From assembly GCA_963768055.1 (NCBI GenBank), contig CAVYGN010000001.1, positions 1,152,001-1,216,000 on the forward strand: DNA of 64,000 bases. Reading direction: 5' to 3'. The stretch is from an uncultured Spirochaetota bacterium (GTDB taxonomy: Bacteria > Spirochaetota > Brevinematia > Brevinematales > JAOACQ01). The notes beneath the pieces were generated by a model that saw only the letters and a list, made by a program, of their open reading frames with translations, searched no databases and was not told the origin of the DNA. Every line of letters starts with the position of its first letter. Position 1 is the first letter of the stretch. The position numbers and the translations under genes were made by a program. Of the stretch, positions 57,811-64,000 are shown piece after piece.

Positions 57811-59886
57811 ATGGACAATAATTACACTAAGGAACTTGAGGAAAAGATAAAACGGTTAAAACTTATCCAATATCTCACAATAGCTATGAACGAGACTTCC
57901 GATTCCCAGGAACTTTTAAAAATAATGCTTGATAAATGCATAGCTATTACGGGCGCTGACAGCGGTTCAATTATGATAAAAGACCCCGGTTCCAGGCACC
58001 TGCGTTACGAGGCGTTTAAGGGGCTTGACGAGGATATGGTCTTCCGGACCCCGATCGAAGTGGGTGAAGGCCTCACAGGAACTGTGTTTCAGGATGGAAT
58101 TCCCAGGCTTGTCAGTGATGTAAGTATCGATCCGGTCTATATTTCTGTACGGAAGGATATACGGTCGGAACTGGCAGTCCCGCTCTCAGTACAGGGAAAA
58201 ATAATAGGTGTTGTTAATGTTGACAGCGCTAAGATAGGTGCTTTTACCGAGGGCGACATGGAATTTCTGCAGACAATATCCAACCAGGCCGCCCAGATAC
58301 TTGTCAGAACAAACCTGAACCATCAACTTGAAAGTAAAATAAAATTCAAGGATATTCTTCTGGATATATCCCAGAGTATTGAAAAGATCTTCGAATTGTC
58401 GGATTCATTTGAAATCGTGATGAAAAAACTGGCTGACAGCTTTGGAATTTACAGGGGAATGCTCGTTCTCTTCGAGAAGAACGAACCGAATAAGCTTTCG
58501 ATATATAACGCCTACAATATTACAGACGAAGAAATGTCCCGAGGTATTTACAAAGTAGGCGAAGGAGTCGTAGGCAAGGTCGTCGAAACCGGCAAGGCCC
58601 TTTCAATTAAAGATATCAATAAAGACGATTCATATCTCAACAGGCTTCAAATCAAGCGCGATAAAAATGTCCCGATCTCTTTTATAGCAGTTCCGATAAA
58701 AATCGAGGGGATAGTAGTAGGCGTTCTCGCTGTCGAAAAATACTTTGAAAATGAGAACACTTTAAACGACGAGGAAGACATGATGATCCTTGTGGCAAAT
58801 ATCATAGCAAATAAAGTCAAATCGTGGGAAAGAATATATAAAGACAAAGAGAATCTCATCGCTGAAAATACTATTCTAAAAAAAGAGCTTTTCAAGAATT
58901 TCGCAATCGACAATATTATCGGTAAAAACAAGCAAATGATAGCGGTTTTCGAACTTATTAAAACCGTGTCCGACAGCAATTCATCTATTTTGATCCTAGG
59001 TGAAAGCGGTACAGGTAAAGAACTTGTCGCCCAGGCCCTGCATGTCGGAAGCGGAAGAAAGGATTCCCCCTTTGTAAGCATCAACTGCGCATCGATCCCT
59101 GAAAATCTTCTCGAGTCCGAACTCTTCGGATATAAAAAAGGGGCTTTTACCGGTGCGATATCCGATAAAAAGGGGAAATTTCAATTGGCTAACGGGGGGA
59201 CAATATTCCTCGATGAAATCGGCGATATGCCCCTTTATCTTCAGGCAAAACTTTTAAGGGCTATACAGGAAAGGGAAATCGAACCCCTCGGCAGCGAGGC
59301 CAAAATAAAAATAGATATCAGGATCATTTCGGCAACCAACAAGGAGCTTGATAAATTGATAAAGGACGGAAAATTCAGGAAAGACCTTTATTACCGCCTC
59401 AATGTAATCGAAATCCAGATACCCCCTCTGAGGAGCAGAAAAGACGATATCCCGCTTCTTGTAAACCATTTTATCAAAAAGTATTCAACCCGGGACAACA
59501 AAAATGTGTATGGCATCTCGCAGGAATCTTTAAGGCTCCTCCAGTCTTATAACTGGCCGGGCAATATCAGGGAACTTGAAAATGTAATTGAAAGAGCGGT
59601 TCTCCTCTGCCGGTCTCAGACTATTGAGGTTGTGAACCTCCCGTCATTTCTCATGGATATAGAAGAAGTGCCTGATATTCATATAAGCAAATGGATAGAA
59701 GGCTTTGTTAAAAATCCGGCCTGCAACGGGAAACTTTATGAAAGGATTATAGGCCATATTGAAAAGGAGCTTATTTCAAGGTCTCTTATATTCAACAATC
59801 GAAACAAGGTCAAGACCTCGGACTTTCTCGGCATCAACAGGAATACCCTTAGAAGCAAGATGGAAGAGTATAATATCAAAATATAA
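57811..59886 (+). CDS. GAF-GAF sigma54-dependent enhancer-binding protein (NifA/FhlA-like)
   Basis: Two GAF domains; GESGTGKE, ESELFG, GAFTGA, FLDEIG and WPGNIREL motifs; Fis-type HTH (LGINRNTLR). Confidence 0.93.
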   Translation: MDNNYTKELEEKIKRLKLIQYLTIAMNETSDSQELLKIMLDKCIAITGADSGSIMIKDPGSRHLRYEAFKGLDEDMVFRTPIEVGEGLTGTVFQDGIPRLVSDVSIDPVYISVRKDIRSELAVPLSVQGKIIGVVNVDSAKIGAFTEGDMEFLQTISNQAAQILVRTNLNHQLESKIKFKDILLDISQSIEKIFELSDSFEIVMKKLADSFGIYRGMLVLFEKNEPNKLSIYNAYNITDEEMSRGIYKVGEGVVGKVVETGKALSIKDINKDDSYLNRLQIKRDKNVPISFIAVPIKIEGIVVGVLAVEKYFENENTLNDEEDMMILVANIIANKVKSWERIYKDKENLIAENTILKKELFKNFAIDNIIGKNKQMIAVFELIKTVSDSNSSILILGESGTGKELVAQALHVGSGRKDSPFVSINCASIPENLLESELFGYKKGAFTGAISDKKGKFQLANGGTIFLDEIGDMPLYLQAKLLRAIQEREIEPLGSEAKIKIDIRIISATNKELDKLIKDGKFRKDLYYRLNVIEIQIPPLRSRKDDIPLLVNHFIKKYSTRDNKNVYGISQESLRLLQSYNWPGNIRELENVIERAVLLCRSQTIEVVNLPSFLMDIEEVPDIHISKWIEGFVKNPACNGKLYERIIGHIEKELISRSLIFNNRNKVKTSDFLGINRNTLRSKMEEYNIKI

Positions 59887-59899
59887 TTATCAGGGCCTT

Positions 59900-60622
59900 T
59901 TACAGGGCTTCAGGAAGGCCGATAAAGGATAACATTCTCTTACCGTTATCGCCTCCTCGGTATGAATAAAACAAAGGATTTTTACTGCACTTAGTACATA
60001 AAGAGGCTTTTTTAATATTATCTGACAAAATTCCAACAGCAATTAAATCTTCAATTAGCCCTGACTCAAGGTCCAGAAATATTTTGCCGTCCCTTGATTC
60101 ATAATGAACGTTTTCGAATTCTTCAATCAATTCATGACCTACATTATAACAGCATTTCCGGATATGCGGCCCTATAAGGACATGAAGCCTTTCAGGCCCG
60201 ATATCCAGGCGTTCTTTAATTTTTTCCACTATTTTCATATGTATCTTGCCTTTTATTCCCTTCCAACCCGCATGTACTATCCCGGCGACTTTTAATCCGG
60301 CATCGGCATATAAAACAGGAATACAGTCCGCTGTAAGAACGCCAAGCAATAACTCCCTGACATCAGTAAAAATTCCGTCTCCTTCGATCAATGGGTAGTC
60401 CTGTAAGGGATTAACCAGGAATTTTTTTATATTGGCGGAATCGATAAAATGAACCTGATCTGAATGAACCTGTTTCAAGGCTGCAAGTCCCGTAAATCCC
60501 AGCCTCCGGACTATCGAACCGCCGGCATCAGCCATATCCTGAGCAAAGTTCCTGCCCCTTAAAGTCGTACCGGCATTCAACCGTCCGCCTAAAAAATCTT
60601 GATAAGTTAAAATATCGGACAT
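59900..60622 (-). CDS. pgeF: YfiH/PgeF family protein
   Basis: QVHS, TADCIPV, HAGWKG, GPHI..CCY, CTKC and FYSYR motifs. Confidence 0.92.
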   Translation of the reverse strand: MSDILTYQDFLGGRLNAGTTLRGRNFAQDMADAGGSIVRRLGFTGLAALKQVHSDQVHFIDSANIKKFLVNPLQDYPLIEGDGIFTDVRELLLGVLTADCIPVLYADAGLKVAGIVHAGWKGIKGKIHMKIVEKIKERLDIGPERLHVLIGPHIRKCCYNVGHELIEEFENVHYESRDGKIFLDLESGLIEDLIAVGILSDNIKKASLCTKCSKNPLFYSYRGGDNGKRMLSFIGLPEAL

Positions 60623-62377
60623 TTAAGGAACTTTGAAGACCAGGATGGTCATATCATCCCACTGGGGAGCTCCGTTCGACCACAAATCGATTTCCCTGAA
60701 GATGATGTTTACAATAGTCGATGAGTTTAAAGAAGAATATTCCTTTATTAATTTTTTAAGCCTTTCAAGCCCGAAATCGGCGCCCTTGTCGTTTACAGCG
60801 TCAATGATGCCATCCGTGAAGCAGAATACCAGATCGCCCTGATCAAGCTGGATGCTTGAAGATATGTAATTCTCGGATTTTGTAATTCCAAGCGGAATAC
60901 CCTTGCTTGAAAGAGAATCGAATTGCCCCGTCCTCGTTTTGTAAACATATTGGAGATTATGTCCGGCGTTCGAATATTCCAGGATCCTCCTGTTCAAGTC
61001 AAGACTGCCGTAAAACATCGTAACGAACATCCCTACTCTCGAATCTTCAACAAGAATATCATTTGAATATTCCAGGAGCCTGTGAGGTTCCTTGGTATGA
61101 AACGCGTAGGCTTTCACCACGCTTCTGGATACAGCCATATATAAGGATGCCGGTAGGCCTTTCCCCGAAACATCTCCTATTACGAATCCGATCCTGCTCG
61201 GGGTTAATGTATATATATCGTAAAAATCCCCGCCGACAACTTCAGCCGTCTGCATCTTCGCAAACACCGATATATTTTTAAAGGTATTGAAATCGCTTAT
61301 CAGCAGGGCATTTTGAAGGGTTTTCATGATATCGATTTCCTTTTTGATCTTTTCATGCTCGAGCTGTTCATTATAACTCAATATGCTTTCATATGTATGG
61401 CCTACCTGGTTGGCGATCGTCCTCAGTGTTTTTATCATTTCAGGCGTGTATCGAGCCCATTTTTTAGGTTCGGAAATATTGATAACTCCGACGCATATGT
61501 TTTTAATCTTGATAGGGGTGCAGATAAAGCTTGCATTTTTATACCTGAACCGTTTGTTCCTGCCCAGACCGGTCTTTTCAATATCGTTTGAATAAATTGT
61601 TTTACCCTGCTTCATAGCCCTGCTCGATATTTTATCTATATCGAGGCTGTGTTCCATTTTTTCCACTACATCCTGAGGCATGCCGATGGCACTCTCAATG
61701 TGAAGATTGCCTGTTTTTTCATTAATAAACATTATTGATACACGGTGCGAATTGAAGATTTTCGACAGCAGTTCTACAATCTTTGAGAAGAGAACCTTCC
61801 TGTCATATGTAAGATTTGTGAGATTGGATATCTGGTAAAGATATTCCAGTTCTTTGGCCCTTGTTTGTATAGCCTTATATAACAGGGCATTAGCAATGGC
61901 TGTTGCAGCCTGTTCGGCAAACTGTTTCAATAGCATTACGTCATCGTCTGTAAATATTTTTTTGGCGGGATTTATTACCTCGATGACCCCTATCGATTTT
62001 TCATTGTGGATCAGGGGCATTGCAAGGAGATTTTTTGTTTTCAGATTGGTCTTTTCATCGACCCCTTTGTAAAACCTTTCATCCTTTTCCGCATCGTAAA
62101 CGATGACATGCTCCTTGGTCTGAGCCGCATATCCTGCAATGCCTTTTCCCTTAGGAACTATTACATCGCTGAGGGCGTCTGCATTTTCTCCAAACGCTAC
62201 CTCGAAAAACATGTTGTTGGTATCAGGGTCTACAAGCAGAATGGATGCGCCTTCCGCATTCAGGAGAACGCCGGAATAATGAGAAATGTCATTCAGAATG
62301 CTGCGTACATCCTCAATCGAGTTGATCTTCCTGTTTATATCAAGTACTGCCTGTAAATCTTCTATCTTTAAAGCCAT
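60623..62377 (-). CDS. GAF-GAF SpoIIE/PP2C (RsbU-like) phosphatase
   Basis: Two GAF domains; VGGDFYD, GDVSGKG, MFVT, NAGH, TDGI and DDMT motifs. Confidence 0.93.
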   Translation of the reverse strand: MALKIEDLQAVLDINRKINSIEDVRSILNDISHYSGVLLNAEGASILLVDPDTNNMFFEVAFGENADALSDVIVPKGKGIAGYAAQTKEHVIVYDAEKDERFYKGVDEKTNLKTKNLLAMPLIHNEKSIGVIEVINPAKKIFTDDDVMLLKQFAEQAATAIANALLYKAIQTRAKELEYLYQISNLTNLTYDRKVLFSKIVELLSKIFNSHRVSIMFINEKTGNLHIESAIGMPQDVVEKMEHSLDIDKISSRAMKQGKTIYSNDIEKTGLGRNKRFRYKNASFICTPIKIKNICVGVINISEPKKWARYTPEMIKTLRTIANQVGHTYESILSYNEQLEHEKIKKEIDIMKTLQNALLISDFNTFKNISVFAKMQTAEVVGGDFYDIYTLTPSRIGFVIGDVSGKGLPASLYMAVSRSVVKAYAFHTKEPHRLLEYSNDILVEDSRVGMFVTMFYGSLDLNRRILEYSNAGHNLQYVYKTRTGQFDSLSSKGIPLGITKSENYISSSIQLDQGDLVFCFTDGIIDAVNDKGADFGLERLKKLIKEYSSLNSSTIVNIIFREIDLWSNGAPQWDDMTILVFKVP

Positions 62378-62401
62378 TTTCCCTCTCCCTTACGCCCTTT
62401 T

Positions 62402-63547
62402 TTAGAGAGCGGCGGAAAATATTTCATGGATCTCGCTTCTCCCGGCAGGCCTTGGGGTATATGATAAAAATTCATATTCCGAACCAATCTGAGCGGCTTT
62501 ATTGATGATTTCCTGTTCGATTTTATATTCCATCAGCCGTTGAGGAATATGAAGGTCCATCATTAATCTCCTTATGGATTCAATAGCCATAATGGCCGCT
62601 TCAATGACTGTTATATCGGCGACTTTTTCGCCGAGAGCCATTGCGATCTGGATGAACTTGTTGGCGGCGGCTGTCAGGTTAAACTCCATAACATGCGGTA
62701 ATATAACTCCGGAGCCTATCTGCTGTGCAATATCCGATGCTGAAGAAAGTCCCATGGAACAGGCCGCCGACAATCCCGGGGACGATCCGTATACTGCAAG
62801 AGAAGCCAGAAGAGTTCCAATAGAGAGGTTTCCCTTTATCTTCGTATTGGCCGGTTCCAGGGCAAGTCTTTTCAAATTGACGCTCAGATACTCTATAGCT
62901 TTAAGGCTCATAGAATCGGAGATTGGGTTTGACTTTTTAGAAATATAAGCGTCGAAGGAATAAGAAATGCCTTCAAGACTCGAATATATTAAATCATTCA
63001 GTGGGACATCCTCGGTGATCAAAGGATCGATTATCAGGGCTTCCGCATAAGAAGTTTTATCGGAATAAGGCTTTCTGATCCTGTCTGTTTCATCAATCAC
63101 ATATGTAATCGGAATTATACCCCAGGTAACGACCTGGATTGACGGCACCTCTATGTAACGGACTTTTTTAACGTTTATCCATTTGCCGCCTTTATGTTCC
63201 CCTTTAGATACTTCCTGGGTGCTGAATTGTGCTATGCATTTCGCAACCGATAGGACGTTTTCTCCGCCTACTCCGATTACAACATCCGTGCGGCTTGTTT
63301 TTGCTATGTTAACACCCTCGAAAAGATCCTTGGTGCTTGCATTGGATGGAATTTCATAGATGATTATGTCATAAGCATAACCTTCGATAAGCCTTTTGAT
63401 CTTCTGGGTAAGTCCGGTTTCAGAATACTTTTTTTCGCAGACCATAATGACTTTTTCATTATTCGGACAGGCGATTTCAGAAAGTTTCTGCAAGCTGTCC
63501 GCGCCGCAGATAATATTTGTCGGAATCTGAAATTCTATCAAGGCCAT
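62402..63547 (-). CDS. Iron-containing alcohol dehydrogenase-fold protein with degenerate motifs
   Basis: FQIPTNIICG, IIDP, SKKSNPISD, ILPHVMEFN, L.IPQRL and TPRP match the Fe-ADH scaffold; GGGS and the metal-binding His residues are absent. Confidence 0.8.
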   Translation of the reverse strand: MALIEFQIPTNIICGADSLQKLSEIACPNNEKVIMVCEKKYSETGLTQKIKRLIEGYAYDIIIYEIPSNASTKDLFEGVNIAKTSRTDVVIGVGGENVLSVAKCIAQFSTQEVSKGEHKGGKWINVKKVRYIEVPSIQVVTWGIIPITYVIDETDRIRKPYSDKTSYAEALIIDPLITEDVPLNDLIYSSLEGISYSFDAYISKKSNPISDSMSLKAIEYLSVNLKRLALEPANTKIKGNLSIGTLLASLAVYGSSPGLSAACSMGLSSASDIAQQIGSGVILPHVMEFNLTAAANKFIQIAMALGEKVADITVIEAAIMAIESIRRLMMDLHIPQRLMEYKIEQEIINKAAQIGSEYEFLSYTPRPAGRSEIHEIFSAAL

Positions 63548-63627
63548 TAAGATTCTCCCATCTCGAACAATAGTTTACCATGAATCAGCTCTTTTGCACA
63601 AGTTCGATTAATGATTATCGGTAGTAT

Positions 63628-64000
63628 TTATTTTATAAATAAGTTAAGTAAATATATGATACCCGAGAGGCTTACTATGCTTAGAAGAAGGGATGCCAGG
63701 ACTATTTCACTGGCAAGCTTGACATCACTGTTAAAATGGCTTGCAAGTATGGAGCAGTAAATTGCGGAAGGCATAGCTATCTGGGTCAATGTTACCTTTA
63801 AATCAAAACCTTTTAACCCGAAGAGCAGGAGAAGCGGAAAAGCAATGAGCGGTATTATCACAAGTTTAGCAAAGCTTATTAAAAAAACGCTTAAAAATTT
63901 CTTTTTTATATGAATATCTGAAAGGGTTATGCCTACGAAAAGAAGATTCAGGGTTATTCCGCTGTAGCCAAGTTCCCTGACACTGTTCAATACCTGGCCC
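63628..64000 (-). CDS. AEC (auxin efflux carrier/malate permease) family transporter, partial
   Basis: LLFVG, KLVIIPL, AMPSA and LASEIV..S.LLS motifs. Confidence 0.85.
   Translation of the reverse strand, partial: GQVLNSVRELGYSGITLNLLFVGITLSDIHIKKKFLSVFLISFAKLVIIPLIAFPLLLLFGLKGFDLKVTLTQIAMPSAIYCSILASHFNSDVKLASEIVLASLLLSIVSLSGIIYLLNLFIK

Overview
AT-rich bacterial chromosomal segment, most likely from a spirochaete: it has tandem flaA sheath genes and a PilZ-GAF (DUF1577-like) protein; any finer taxonomy would be inference. It is mostly core genome: lptA/lptC, nfi, rho, rpmE, xseA, dnaX-ybaB-recR-carD, mutS2, prfB (programmed +1 frameshift), xth, tyrS, a sirtuin, class II RNR (nrdJ), panD, rdgB-udg and a TetR-led YbhGFSR/TolC-type efflux operon. 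I found no rRNA, tRNA, transposase, integrase or CRISPR array. The most interesting part is 45.8-63.5 kb, a nitrogen-control region. It holds a GlnE with a GlnD-type ACT-ACT module between its two nucleotidyltransferase domains, a sigma54-type promoter on glnA opposite a GAF-GAF enhancer-binding protein that has no receiver domain, an orphan glutamate-synthase-type amidotransferase, and a catalytically degenerate Fe-ADH linked to a GAF-GAF-PP2C phosphatase. Also notable: an RCK K+ channel with an internal ribosome-binding site, coupled to a stand-alone cyclic-nucleotide-binding protein; a degenerate DUF1015 protein; a 59-aa YHS gene missing from the ORF track and flanked by heptamer palindromes; three dispersed intergenic repeat families; and apparent [T/S]N enrichment in exported proteins. 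All family calls come from motif recognition by eye; no searches were run.
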